Source: Neodothiora populina
Lineage: Eukaryota
Length of the DNA: 64,000 nt
Direction of reading: 5' to 3'
Assembly: GCF_041146345.1 (NCBI RefSeq)
Contig: NW_027191408.1
Coordinates: forward strand, 186,001-250,000
In this document: positions 1 through 11,752 of the stretch, piece by piece
How positions within the stretch are numbered: position 1 is the first letter of the stretch
How the letters are laid out: each line of letters opens with the position of its first letter
Notes under the pieces: model-generated
What the model saw: only the letters and a program-made list of their open reading frames with translations
What the model was told of the DNA's origin: nothing
The model's database searches: none
Program-made: the position numbers and the translations under genes

Positions 1-172
1 TTCTTCCTCTTGTTTTCGTGGCGATTCCTCTTGTTCTTTGGTGGTTATAATAGTAGTGGTGGTAGTAGCTATGTAATGCGCATTACGAGACTTGATGCTT
101 GTTGCTTGTTTTGTCCGTCTCTGTCTTCTCTTTCCTCTTCCTCCTGACGAGTCCGTGGTTCATTCTTTGTGT

Positions 173-194
173 TGTATTGTATTGTATTGTATTG
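173..194. repeat. (ATTGT)n pentanucleotide microsatellite
   Basis: About 4 tandem tgtat/attgt units in the AT-rich 3' flank of the first gene. Confidence 0.8.
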
Positions 195-385
195 AATACC
201 AAATGCCGGGGGGTAAAGAGTGGCTAGGTAGGGTAGGCAGGGTATAAAAATCCGAGTATACATGAGAAAATAAAAAGCCAAAGTAAAGAACAAAGTAAAC
301 ATCGATAGAACCGAAACAAAATTTATTAGAAAAAAAAAAGGGCTCTCTTGTTTGCTCCCCCTGCCTGCCTCTCGCTCGCTCATCA

Positions 386-610
386 TCATCGGTCCATACC
401 GGCGAAAGAGACGAGGCTGTCGCACAGCTCTCTCCAAGCCGCTCTGCGCGGGTTTTCGTCTTCGGATTCGGGCTCGGATGCAGGATCGGAAGAGGATTCT
501 TCGTCGGTGGTGTTGTCGTTGTCTGCGTTTTCGGGTTCGTTTTCGTCGTAGGGTTGGGTTGCGAGATGGGCTGAGAGAAGGGGCGTCGCTTGGTCTGATT
601 CGATGCCTTT

Positions 611-647
<37 letters not shown>

Positions 648-2347
648 TGTTGAGGCCCGAACACGGTCTGGGTGGATTGCTCGCGGTAGTCTGGCTTCGT
701 CTTGGTGGTATCGTCGTCGAGTGTCGACGGTTCCTCTTCCCACACTGTTTGGATGGCCTGTGAGCAAAAGGTCGGGGTAGGTTTCGTCCCTGCTTCGACA
801 GACACACGGTCATCGGTCTGGCTGCCTTGGTCGCCGAAAGTGATGCTAGACAGCACGGGAGCGAGAGGTAATTCATCGAACAAAGCTCCTTCGTCCAAGT
901 CGGGTTGCTCGTCCTCGCTCTCTCCGTCGGTCTCCGTGTTGGTGTTCATGCGCTTGATGGTGATGGACTGGACGCGCCCGTGGCGCTTTTTGCACATGTC
1001 TAGACGCCAGTTGCCCTGGCTCTCGGCCTTTGGTGTGTCGCGTGCGGCAGACAGCTTCTCGGGTGTTGTAGACACGACTCTGTGCCTTTCCCTGCGGGCG
1101 CGCAGTCTCGCGTCGACATCGTCCCAGTCGGCTTTCCAGCGTTCGATGTCGTCGTTGAGCAGGACGCGCTTTTCCGTGAGGTCGGCGTCTTTGTCGCCCA
1201 TGTGCTCGGCCATGGCGTCGTACTCGACTTCTAGAGCTTTGAGTTGCAGTTTCATGAACAACAGCTCGGAATGGTCGAAGCCGAGATCTGCTCGCAGCGA
1301 CTCGTTCTCCGACTTCAGCATGAGATTCTCCTGAGAGCATTCTTCCAGGTCCTGGACGGCCGAGTCGTGGATCTGGCGGATTTCCTCGTAGCGCTTGCGC
1401 AAGCCGTCGTTCGCCTTGGACACGCGCTGCAGAACATCCTGGGCTTCTTTGAGAAGACGGTCCTGGGTGCGCAGCCGGGTCTCGATTGCTGCAGGGAGAC
1501 CTTCGACAGAGGAAGAAATGGACGTCTGGGTCTGCGGAGTCGAGGGACGACTGGACTGATTGATGGTCGAGGGAGTGTTGGACTCGTCTCCCTCGTCGGC
1601 ATCATCGAGGTCAGAGGCGCGCAGTCCAGACTCTGACAGCAGCGAAGTGCGTCGCGTCGAGCGGTTGTTCGGCGTGCGCAGGGCAGCCTCGAGATCGTCG
1701 AGCTTCGCGCCAAGATTAGAAATGGTCGACGGTCCTGGGGGACCCTGCCGCAAGATCTCCGCGCCGAGAGTGTTCAGTCGCAGGAGGAGCTTCTGCGACT
1801 CGGAAGACGGAGTGTCGTCGAAGTGCGCATTCTCGTCGACAGAGCGACTCTCGTCAGTGAAATAATCCGAATAGGGCGAGTCGCGATAGCCGATGCTGCT
1901 GCTGCCGTTGCCTATACTGGAGCGATGCGGGGAACGCACGGGTGTCAGGGGCGCGTTGGAGGTGGAAGACGAAGAAGACATGAAGGGAGATTGCGGAGTG
2001 GATTTCCTGCGGTTGTGATCCGAAGCTGAGATTCTGAAAGACGAGGGTGAAGTGCTGCTGGCATTTGACGGTGAGACAGACAGACGCGAGCGCGTACGGG
2101 TTGCAGAGGGAGAATCAGAGGTTGTCGAAGAGGCGAATCGCGCGTATTTGGGGCGTGCTGCTGCTGCTGCTGCCGCCGCTTCCTGTTGTCGCAACAGCTC
2201 CTGCTGCCGTTGTTGCTGCTCCAAAAGCTTGCCTTCCTTGTGGAAACGCGTCGACGGTCCCGGGATGCGAAATGCTGCTGGCGAAGTCGACGAGGACTCG
2301 CGCAGGGAACTGGCCCACTGGGCAGACGAGGGAGAGGGTTGCGCCAT
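386..2347 (-). CDS. Hypothetical coiled-coil protein (653 aa, single exon)
   Basis: Long ORF with a Ser/Pro-rich N-terminus, a central heptad-rich region (LLKEAQDVLQRVSKANDGLRKRYEE...LKLQLKALEVE), polyQ/polyA tracts and an acidic C-terminus ending AWRELCDSLVSFAGMDR. No family recognised. Confidence 0.8.
612..650. repeat. (CTG)n microsatellite encoding polyQ on the minus strand
   Basis: About 10 perfect tgc/ctg units plus ctgttg variants, matching the Q-tract of the 386-2347 ORF. Confidence 0.9.
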
Positions 2348-2987
2348 GACGCAGTGCGCTCGCGCCTCCCTGTCGAGTATTTATTCGTTGCAACGTTGTT
2401 ATTTTATTTTATTTTGGCCAAGTAGTACAGCAGCAGCCTATTATTTGTTGTTCCTCAGCCTGCTTGCTCCCTTCTGGTCACCAAGTAAGTTCTGCTTTCT
2501 GCAGGGAAAGCGAAGCTGCACAATCCACTCTCGAGCCACTTTCGCTTTCACCGAGTGACGGGCAGCGGAGAAGCGCGGGACGTTGGCCCTGGCTCCTTGG
2601 CAGTAAAGTGCCTCCAGGTGCAGCCAATCTAAATCCCACACTCCCAGGGTCTCGCCAGTGTTTCGCCCTTCGAGTCATGTTTTCCGTCACTCTCTCCTCA
2701 ATCTCTCGCTGCTGCGTGTCATTGGTCTGTGTTCTTGTCGTGCACAGTGATTCATAAAACACCAAAAAAAGACGAGATACGTAACTGTGCAATTGTGCAA
2801 AGGGTTCCTGGACGGAGATGGAATCGGTCCTCGCCGCCGAATTGTAGATATTGAGCTATACAGCTAGGGACTCTATATCGATATCACGTTGACTGCTCAC
2901 GCTATCTTAGGCCCGAGGCGAGAGTGATTTATCTTATTCCTTCTGATTCTCCTCTACGTCCTTGTCTCTGTCAACTCAATCGCAACC

Positions 2988-4777
2988 ATGGCTGGACGGG
3001 TGAGTTTCCTTCAATTCGCCTGGCGAGCCGCATCTCTGTGACCCAAAAAAATCATAAAAAGTCACATGTCACTGACGACGACGACACTCAGGTCGGCATC
3101 CAACCCTCGCTTGACGACGTGCGCGAGATGCTCAACCAGTCTCTGAAGCTATCACATCCTCCGAACCTCGTGCCGCTATGCGCATCCATCTCGTCGGAAT
3201 TCCTGACTCCATCATCGATATACCTCAAGATATCCGCAAAGTCGGTGACTCACTTTTGACTCTTCGGAAACACATGCTTACCTGCTCACAGCACCCCGTC
3301 GAAGCACTCGTTTCTGTTTGAAAGCGCAGCGACCACGGAAACCATTGGTCGCTACAGCTTCGTCGGCGCAAACCCGCGGTTCGTGCTCAAGACTGGTGAA
3401 GGCCATGGCCCGGAGGTCGACCCTCTGCCTCTGCTCGACGCCGAACTGTCCAAATGCAGAGTCGCGTCCATACCGAGTCTGCGTCTGCCGCCCATGACCG
3501 GAGGAGCCATTGGCTATGTGGGCTACGACTGCGTCAAGTACTTTGAGCCCAAGACCAAGAGAGAGATGAAGGATGTGCTGAAGGTGCCCGAGAGCTACTT
3601 TGGGCTGTACAACACCATTGTCGTGCTCGATCATTTCTTCCAGAAAGTCATGGTCGTCACATACGTCCAGGTGCCCGACGCTCTAGACCGACTGGAGGAC
3701 GCCTACGAGGAAGCCCGAAAGACCATCCTGCAGACGCTCAAGGTGCTACGAAGCCCCGACGTCCCCTACCCGCCCCAGAAACCCGTGCGGCTAGGCAACG
3801 AGTACACATCCAACATCGGCCGCCAAGGCTACGAGCGTCACGTCAACACCCTCAAAGAACACATCACAGCAGGCGACATCATCCAAGCCGTGCCCTCGCA
3901 GCGAATGGCCCGACCCACCGACCTGCACCCCTTCAACATCTACCGCCACCTACGGACCGTCAACCCCTCGCCCTATCTGTTCTATCTCGACTGCGGCGGC
4001 GACTTCCAAATCGTCGGCGCCTCACCCGAGCTCCTCGTCAAAGCCGACCCAACAACCCACCGCATAATCACGCACCCGATCGCCGGAACGGTCAAACGCG
4101 GCGCCTCACCAACCGAAGACGAAGCCCTCGCCTCCGAACTGCGCGCCTCGCTCAAAGACCGCGCCGAGCACGTCATGCTAGTCGACCTCGCGCGCAACGA
4201 CATCAACCGCGTATGCGACCCGCTCACAACCCGCGTCGACAAACTCATGGTAGTCCAGAAATTCTCGCACGTGCAACACCTGGTCTCCGAAGTCTCAGGC
4301 ATCCTGCGCCGCCAGGGAACCTCGCCTTCGGACCCGCCAAAAACCCGCTTCGACGCCTTCCGCTCCATCTTCCCCGCCGGCACCGTGTCGGGCGCGCCCA
4401 AAGTCCGCGCGATGGAACTCATCGCGGAGCTAGAAGGCGAGAAACGAGGCGTCTACGCCGGCGCGGTGGGCTACTTCGGGTATTCGTCCGTCGACGCCTT
4501 CACCGGCACCGAGACCGAAGGCGCAATGGACACGTGTATCGCGCTGCGCACGATGCTGATCAAGGACGGCGTCGCGTACCTGCAGGCTGGCGGCGGGATT
4601 GTGTTCGATTCGGACCCGTACGATGAGTTTGTCGAGACGCTGAATAAGCTCAAGGCTAATACGACTTGTGTCGAGAGTGCCGAGGTCAAGCATTATTGGG
4701 AGCAGCAGGAGGAGAAGGAGGGGATTGAGGCCGGGACGGAAAAGGTTGATGCCCATGTTGATCTTGCTGCTGGTTAG
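2988..4777 (+). CDS. TRP2: Anthranilate synthase component I
   Basis: ATG 2988; introns ~3000-3091 and ~3241-3291 restore SFLFESAATTETIGRYSFVG. Chorismate-binding motifs NPSPYLFY, PIAGT, EHVMLVDLARND, PAGTVSGAPK, RGVYAGAVGY and QAGGGIVFDS are present. Confidence 0.96.
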
Positions 4778-4865
4778 CTTTTTGGTGCTTCTTTTATTGT
4801 AGTACACGATGTTCATAGAATCCACAAGAGAAATGCTGGAAGTTTGCATGGACTCGGTCGGTTCG

Positions 4866-4867
<2 letters not shown>

Positions 4868-4897
<30 letters not shown>
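4868..4897. repeat. (CT)n microsatellite
   Basis: About 14 tc units between the convergent TRP2 and bromodomain genes. Confidence 0.9.
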
Positions 4898-4899
<2 letters not shown>

Positions 4900-5086
4900 A
4901 AACCTCCACTGCACTGTGGGAATATGGATACAAGTTCAATAACCCCCTTTTTCTCATTGACATGGTAACAGAAGAGAATCAAAAGAAGAAAAGCCATCAA
5001 AATCATTATTCGGTCACCTATCGAAACTTTTTCTCTCTCCGCCCATCCAAAAGGAGGCCCTGAATACGCCAGAAGCGAAGGAAAAC

Positions 5087-8000
5087 TCACATCTTCCTCC
5101 TCTTCCCCACCGGTCCCCCCTGCTGCTGGTCGCGTACACCGCCAGCCTCATCCTCATCATCCCCTCTACCGCTCCCGTTGTTCCCACCATCCACCTGTCT
5201 CTCTGCACTCCTCCAGTCCCTGACCTTGGCCTCAATGTCATCCGCCATCTCTCTGGCGTCCAACACCATCCCTCCCTCGCCAGGATTGAACATGACGGCA
5301 TTGGCAAACATGCGCATGACTTCCTTTTCAAGTTGCGCAGAGTTCACAATCGCTCGAGGTGGCACCAGGTCTGCACTCTTCTCCAAGAGGATCGTGGCCC
5401 CGTTGTCTTTGGTCCCGAGACTGTTGTTGTTACTGCTGCTTCCGCCCGGCGTAGCCGCTGGGGAATCCGTGCTCGATGCTGCAGCTGTTGCGGCCGCCGT
5501 GGCGCTGATTGCCCGATAGCCCGCTGTAATGGCCGCTTTTATAGACTTCAGGTCTTGAGGACGCTTGATGATGTCCGTGTAGCCCTCTGCGTCTTTCTCG
5601 CGCACTGGCTTCTGGAACGGGCCGGCGTGCTTGTGTGTGCTGATGTCGTTCATGATGACCGCCGACAGTCGCTGGAAGTTGCGCGACGCTGCCACGATGT
5701 CGTTGCGAGGTGGCATATATGTCGGCACGGCTTCCCGCTGCTCCTCGATTGGTGGAGATGGGGAACGTTGACGTTTACGCTTGCTCGTTGTCTGTACTTG
5801 CGCCTGTGCTTGCAACAACGTGCTGCGACGCTGTCGAGTTGCCTTGAGCGTTGTGGGTGTTTCCACCACGGGGGTTTGACCCCTCAAGATCTCCTGATGG
5901 GGGAATTCTGCTGGTGTCGTGGGCTCGTCCTTGACGTGCCTTCCACTCGCCGAGGCCTCTGACGCTGCCGGTTGGCTCTCGGCGTGTGACACTACCGATT
6001 GACTTCTAGTCCTGGCACGTGCCGAAGAATTTGCAGCATTTGATGAGGCTGCGCTGCCTGCTCGTGACCGTCGTGTCGACTTCCGAGTCGACCTGGTGGA
6101 CTTGGCTGGAGTCGGCGCAAGCTTCGCATCACTGGGTGCAGGTAAGCCCTCGGGAGATGCTTCTTTGGCAGCTGTCCTCGCCTCATCCGCATTCTCTCTC
6201 CTGCTTGTCTCTGCGGTCTCATCTGTCTTGTCATCCTTGGTCTGCTCCTGGGCTTCGGCAGGCTTTGCAGCCAATAGCTTGGGTGGCGGGAAGGCGCGCT
6301 GCTGTACCGGGCTCAGAGGTTCCACCATGGGACTGCGATCAGAGTGAGGTTGTGGCAGATGCGCCGGTCTGGCGGCTTTCCAAGTAGGCCAAGGCGTTAC
6401 TCTCAGAGCAGACACAATAGATTGCACCAACTCTTCCTGGTCGACTCGGGGGGTTTGCGGAGTTTGCGGAGTTTGCGGTGTCCGAGGGGGGTGTTGAAGA
6501 CGATGCTGCTGAGCCCGAAGCTGCTGCGGCTGCTGCGACAACGGTGCGGCGGGGGTGCCATAGGGCGCGTAGGGAGGGAATGGGGCTGCTGGTGTTGGCG
6601 GCGTTCCATGCATCTGTTGCTGCTGCGGTTGTTGCTGGCCGGAACCTCGAGGTGCCGTCGTCGCCATCTGGTGTGCTCGTGACGGATCCTGAGCACCAAC
6701 TTGGAATGGTGGTAATTGCACGCCGCCTTGACTCGGTGCTTGCTGCTGCGGATGTCGCGCAGGGAAAGAAGCTGGAGACTGTCTATTTGAAGGCGGCTGC
6801 GGGTATGGTTGAGGCGCACCTTGATATGGCTGATACGCTTGAGGGTAGCCGGAGGATGGGAGGTGCGAAGCTCCTCCGCGCGGAGCATTCCTTTCATGTG
6901 GATTAGTGGGACCGACCGGCAGTCTTTGTGTAGGCGAAGGGTAATGATGAGGAGAACGGTGGCCCTGAGGAAGCGGCGCATGTCGGTGGCCTGGGGATCC
7001 ACTCTGCATAACCGGCGATTGTGGTGTCATCTTCATGCCAGGTGGAAGAGGCAAAACAAGACGGGGCGACGACGATGGAGATGACCTGGGCAACGAGTCC
7101 GGCAGCTTGGGGCTCTGAATAGGGGCTTGACTACCGGGTCTAGGGTAGGGTGCTGGGAAGCCAGATTGCACTCCAATGGGTGGAGATGCTCGGTAAGCTG
7201 GGCCTGGCTGCAAAGGAGGTGGAAGCGGAGGTGGATAAGACTGCGGCGCCAATGGTTTCTGCGTGGTCGGGTCGTCAGGAGCCATTTCCGAGAGAGGCGG
7301 CAGCGCAGAGATGGTTGGCGGTCTGCCGTCGCGAGGCGATGCGCTGGAGCGAGCACTACCCGGCTCATGGTTGATGACGGCTTCGATTTTGGCGTTGCTG
7401 GCCTTCTCCGGGGAGGAAACATCCTTATCGTCGGGCTCATCGCGTGTCTGCGAGATTTGATTTCCTACAGGCGGCGTGTGCACTTGTTCCCTATCTGGGC
7501 CCGGTAAGATGGGTCGGAGACTTGACTGCGTGGTCTGTGGGACGGCCTCGGGCTGTTGATCCTCCTTTGGTGGTGGTAGTGGTTGGGCCGGTGTTGATAC
7601 CGTCGACTCTTCATCTCCCACGTGCTCTTTCCGGAGCCTCTCGTCCCATGCTCCACTTTCGATTTGTTTAATCTCCTGGGATAGATGGTCGTACTGTCGT
7701 TCATCATTCCTGATCTCTTCCACGACCTTCTCGCGGTAGCTACAATATAATCTCAAGATGAGTTTAGGTATAAGATGAGCATGTTTGATGGCCTCGTCCA
7801 CGGTAGGCAGGCTCGGCGTTGGTGCTCTGCGCTTTCTCGATTTGGGCGACTTCAACACGTCCTGCGCATCTCCATCGCGCGACTCCCCATCTTTTTTCGC
7901 CTCCTCGTTGAGTAATCCCAGATAAAGATCCTTCAGTGCGGTGGGCTCCAGCCGCGCACTGTCATACGACGTGTCATTTCGAATAAGTGGTATGTTCTGC

Positions 8001-8107
8001 AGCTGATTTGAAATCTTGCCAAATGGTATCGCAGAGACACCATCTTCCTGGAGAGCCTGGAACAGAAGAAGGGACTCAAGGGGAGTGTAAGACGACAGAT
8101 TAGTCAT
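5087..8107 (-). CDS. Bromodomain-containing chromatin protein (BRD8/Bdc1-like), 1006 aa
   Basis: C-terminal bromodomain (HAGPFQKPVREKDAEGYTDIIKRPQDLKSIK...LEKEVMRMFANAVMFN), N-terminal helical region (YTPLESLLLFQAL...IESGAWDERL) and a long Pro/Gln-rich disordered middle. Confidence 0.88.
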   Translation of the reverse strand: MTNLSSYTPLESLLLFQALQEDGVSAIPFGKISNQLQNIPLIRNDTSYDSARLEPTALKDLYLGLLNEEAKKDGESRDGDAQDVLKSPKSRKRRAPTPSLPTVDEAIKHAHLIPKLILRLYCSYREKVVEEIRNDERQYDHLSQEIKQIESGAWDERLRKEHVGDEESTVSTPAQPLPPPKEDQQPEAVPQTTQSSLRPILPGPDREQVHTPPVGNQISQTRDEPDDKDVSSPEKASNAKIEAVINHEPGSARSSASPRDGRPPTISALPPLSEMAPDDPTTQKPLAPQSYPPPLPPPLQPGPAYRASPPIGVQSGFPAPYPRPGSQAPIQSPKLPDSLPRSSPSSSPRLVLPLPPGMKMTPQSPVMQSGSPGHRHAPLPQGHRSPHHYPSPTQRLPVGPTNPHERNAPRGGASHLPSSGYPQAYQPYQGAPQPYPQPPSNRQSPASFPARHPQQQAPSQGGVQLPPFQVGAQDPSRAHQMATTAPRGSGQQQPQQQQMHGTPPTPAAPFPPYAPYGTPAAPLSQQPQQLRAQQHRLQHPPRTPQTPQTPQTPRVDQEELVQSIVSALRVTPWPTWKAARPAHLPQPHSDRSPMVEPLSPVQQRAFPPPKLLAAKPAEAQEQTKDDKTDETAETSRRENADEARTAAKEASPEGLPAPSDAKLAPTPAKSTRSTRKSTRRSRAGSAASSNAANSSARARTRSQSVVSHAESQPAASEASASGRHVKDEPTTPAEFPHQEILRGQTPVVETPTTLKATRQRRSTLLQAQAQVQTTSKRKRQRSPSPPIEEQREAVPTYMPPRNDIVAASRNFQRLSAVIMNDISTHKHAGPFQKPVREKDAEGYTDIIKRPQDLKSIKAAITAGYRAISATAAATAAASSTDSPAATPGGSSSNNNSLGTKDNGATILLEKSADLVPPRAIVNSAQLEKEVMRMFANAVMFNPGEGGMVLDAREMADDIEAKVRDWRSAERQVDGGNNGSGRGDDEDEAGGVRDQQQGGPVGKRRKM

Positions 8108-9231
8108 TCCCCAAGACGAGACGGATAGTGTGTCGCGAGGTTTGATGGATATAGGAGCCAGCGCGACGGTTGTGGTTCCTTGTCATGATCATCAATTAAT
8201 CAAAAGCGGAAAATTGATGGCGAAAAGCGATCTACACAGTCGAGGACATGGCGGACTGTTTGAAGTTAGAGTTGGGCTGATATTGATTGTGGTTGGTTGA
8301 TCGAATGGAAATAGACTACGGGAGAGGCACGCGATGAACTAGGCTTGCGTTGCGATGCGATGTGCTGCGCTGCGGGCGGCCAGTAGTAGCAGCAGTATCA
8401 TACGGGAGCAGTAATTACGGGACCTTATTACGGGCGGACAGGCAAGGCAGAGCGACCGACCCTCCGCAACGGCATCTCAAAAAGCCATTCTCTTCCTTCC
8501 GCGTCGTAGAAGGATTAATTTTGCGACGGTGCCGCCAAGCTCATATCCGTCCTCGGTGCGGATTTGCTGTCTCAACCTAACTTACCACACTTTGACGTGT
8601 CTAGTCTGCCTGTCTTTGTTTCTAATATAATACCCTAGTCCGGCCTCTGTGACTTCTTTCTACCACTCTCCAGCTGTTTTCGGATTTTCCACTTCATGGG
8701 CGTGACTCCCTTGCGTCTGTGAGGACCTTTGTCTGCACCTGCAATCATGACGCTCTTGGCATGGGCCTTTCCCCCTTGCGGTGTTTCCTCGCCTGAGGAA
8801 GGGGCTTGAGGGGGGCTTCCTCGTGTGTGCTGATCCTCCTTAAAGCTCGGAACTCTTTGTACATTAATTACCACTGTACACATGCAATCTGCCTCTGATG
8901 AGTTCATGTTCCACCATCGCGGACTGCTATCCCCAATCATATCTTCACCTCACATGTTCCATTGGCTACAATCTGTATCATCAGTCATAAAAGAGTGAAG
9001 CGACATCGACTCCTGCTACAACAACCCCGCCCGAACATTGCATTTGTGTCAGACCGAAGAGGCTCTCTACCCACAGCTATCCGCCGAGCCAGATCGGTAC
9101 TCCTGCCCTGCGTTGGGCTGGAAAGTGTCCTCGAGCACATCATACCGGGATTCAAGGTGCCACAAGACCTTGATCAAGGATAGCCTTCGCACTTCGTAGT
9201 CAAACTCCTTGGACCAATCTTTACCTCGGCA

Positions 9232-9821
9232 ATGGAGGAAAACACACAACCACAAGGTCGCATCAGACCCGAATCGTATGTGCGAGCAAGTCTTGTCAGA
9301 TCGAGAAGATGTACTTATCCTCGCCAGTGTCATAGCTCGGAACTTCTCTGAGGACCTCGATTCGTTATTTGGCTTGAACAGCGGGACCACCATTGGACAC
9401 CTTAACCACACTGTCCAGGAAAAGTAAGATGACACGCAGCTTGTTGCAAAGCGAACCTTCGCTGACACTCGGTAGAAAGAGAAATGTTTCGACTCAGGAG
9501 GAAGAACTCGCCGCACTCGAAGAGCGAATTCGAGAGGCAGAGGAGCGTCTGGCAAGAGCGTCTGGAGCTGCTCCAGCCGAACAGCGCACGTCGAGCACAT
9601 CGAGCCCATCCGAATCCCAGCACGAGAATCAGCAAGCCCAGACGATGAGTGGTGCAGAGCAGAACATTGCCAGCCATGCAGCTTATGCCCCTGCTGGCCA
9701 TCGGCCATCGAACCCCAGAGCGGACTCGTCGTTCCATCCTCACATACCCGGTGCAATGCCCCGAACTCCAACGCCCAGGTACGAAGCAAGGGAGTACGTT
9801 ACGGTGAACCGAACACGATGA
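9232..9821 (+). CDS. Small fungal coiled-coil protein of unknown function (3 exons)
   Basis: ATG 9232; introns 9276-9327 (GTATGT..CAG) and 9424-9475 (GTAAGA..GCTGAC..TAG) give MEENTQPQGRIRPESVIARNFSEDLDSLFG...QEKKRNVSTQEEELAALEERIREAEERLAR. Confidence 0.75.
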
Positions 9822-10501
9822 CGAATTACGGGGCCAGAGGCGATCACGAAAGAGAGAGGTCGACAGAACGAGCACGTGTGCTAGAGGTGACAGGTAGCCG
9901 TAGCATCCGGCCCGCCAACCATGGCTGCGCTTTGATCGAGGTTCAGGCAGATTGGTCCAATCTCTATTAGGACACTTCCAAAGCCAAGCGAGTCTTGCAA
10001 GTCTACAAGTAGATATCTTGATTGCTTTAGTGGTATACTGTAAGCATGACTCGTGTGGCTTGTTCAGAGTTCAATAACTGAAGCCATCCAGTCGGACGAT
10101 AATAGCCGAAAGCATGCAGTCCGAAAGTATCAGGTTTTATTCCCACCTTCTCGCCCCGGAAATAGCATATCTTGTGCTACGGCGGTGCGGCTATGTGTAA
10201 TTGATGAAATGGCCGTTTGTTGAGAATGCCCATTGACGCTTGTGCATGTTATACAAACCCTAAACGCCCGCGGAGTTGTCCTCCCCATGGGTCGCCTTCG
10301 AGGTGTTTTTCTGTAGTTCTTTCATTTATCCTGACTCAGCAACGTCTATTGTGTTCTGCTATGGTGTCAAATTGACAGCGGAGGACCCCCACAACAGTGA
10401 CGTGTATGTTACCGTTGTGCTGCTTAATAATTATTTAAATCACCCATGGATTGGATTGGATTCGAAGGTACAGTAGGTAGGTTGATTTTTTAGAACTAAA
10501 A

Positions 10502-10523
10502 ATATATATATATATATATATAT
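10502..10523. repeat. (TA)n tract, probable TATA region of the OYE gene
   Basis: About 10 TA units ~120 bp upstream of ATG 10643. Confidence 0.8.
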
Positions 10524-10642
10524 TCATATGTACCTGAATTCTCGATCACTTCTACTAATCTGCTAGACCTATACTGTACTCTGTCTTCCCCAATCGATTT
10601 TCCATATACTCCACCGCTAACCACCATACCCAATCCGCAAGA

Positions 10643-11752
10643 ATGGCCATTAAGAGTAGACTTTTCGAGCCTCTCCAGGTTGGACAAATGCAATTGTCCA
10701 ACCGCCTGGCTATGGCACCCCTTACCAGATTCAGAGCCAACGACGAGCACGTCCATGAAGACATGGCCGTCGAGTACTACGCTCAGCGCGCCTCGTACCC
10801 AGGAACCCTTCTCGTCACCGAGGCTACCCCTGTCTCCGCCCGCGTTGGTGGCTACGCCAATGTTCCCGGTATCTATACCGATGCACAGATCAGGGCATGG
10901 AAGAAGATCACCGACGCCGTGCACGCAAAAGGCAGCTACATCTACCTGCAATTGTGGTCGCTTGGCCGCGTTGCAGACCCCAGCGTGCTAAAGAAGGAGA
11001 CTGGTCTCCCCCTCAAGTCCGCTTCTGCCGTTCCCATGGACGACAAATCTCCCGTTCCTGAGGAGTATACCGAGGAAGAGATCTGGGGCATCGTCGAAGA
11101 CTTCGCACAAGGTGCCAAGAACGCCATCGAGGCTGGATTCGACGGTGTCGAGATCCACGCTGCCAACGGCTACCTCATTGATCAATTCACCCAGGATACA
11201 TGCAACAAGCGTACCGACAAGTGGGGTGGCAGCGTCGAGAACCGCTCTCGCTTCTGTCTCGAGGTCACCAAGGCTGTCGTCGCTGCCGTTGGCGCCGACA
11301 AGACCGGCATCAGACTGTCCCCGTGGTCTCCTTTCCAGGGCATGAAGATGGAGGACCCGGTCCCCCAATTCTCCCACCTCACCAAGAGTCTGAAGGAATT
11401 CAACCTCGCATACCTCCATCTTGTCGAATCTCGCATCACCGGAAATGCCGACGTCGAGTCATACGAACAAATTGACTTTGTCACCGACATCTGGGGCAAG
11501 ACTTCTCCTATTCTCCTTGCAGGTGGCTTCAAGGCCGACAGCGCCAAAGAGGCCGCCGACAAGCAGTACAAGGACAAAGACATCATCATTGTCTTCGGCC
11601 GTTACTTCATCGCCAACCCTGATCTTGTCTTCAGAGTCCGCGAGGGCATCGAATTCACCGACTACGACCGCGACACCTTCTACGCCCCTGGGCAGACCAA
11701 GGGCTACACCGACTACCCTTTCAGCAAGGAGTTCAAGGAGGCCAAAATATAG
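10643..11752 (+). CDS. Old Yellow Enzyme family NADH:flavin oxidoreductase
   Basis: MAPLTRFRA, EYYAQRA, AGFDGVEIHAANGYLIDQF, RTDKWGGSVENR and FGRYFIANPDL motifs; intronless with strong codon bias. Confidence 0.95.
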   Translation: MAIKSRLFEPLQVGQMQLSNRLAMAPLTRFRANDEHVHEDMAVEYYAQRASYPGTLLVTEATPVSARVGGYANVPGIYTDAQIRAWKKITDAVHAKGSYIYLQLWSLGRVADPSVLKKETGLPLKSASAVPMDDKSPVPEEYTEEEIWGIVEDFAQGAKNAIEAGFDGVEIHAANGYLIDQFTQDTCNKRTDKWGGSVENRSRFCLEVTKAVVAAVGADKTGIRLSPWSPFQGMKMEDPVPQFSHLTKSLKEFNLAYLHLVESRITGNADVESYEQIDFVTDIWGKTSPILLAGGFKADSAKEAADKQYKDKDIIIVFGRYFIANPDLVFRVREGIEFTDYDRDTFYAPGQTKGYTDYPFSKEFKEAKI

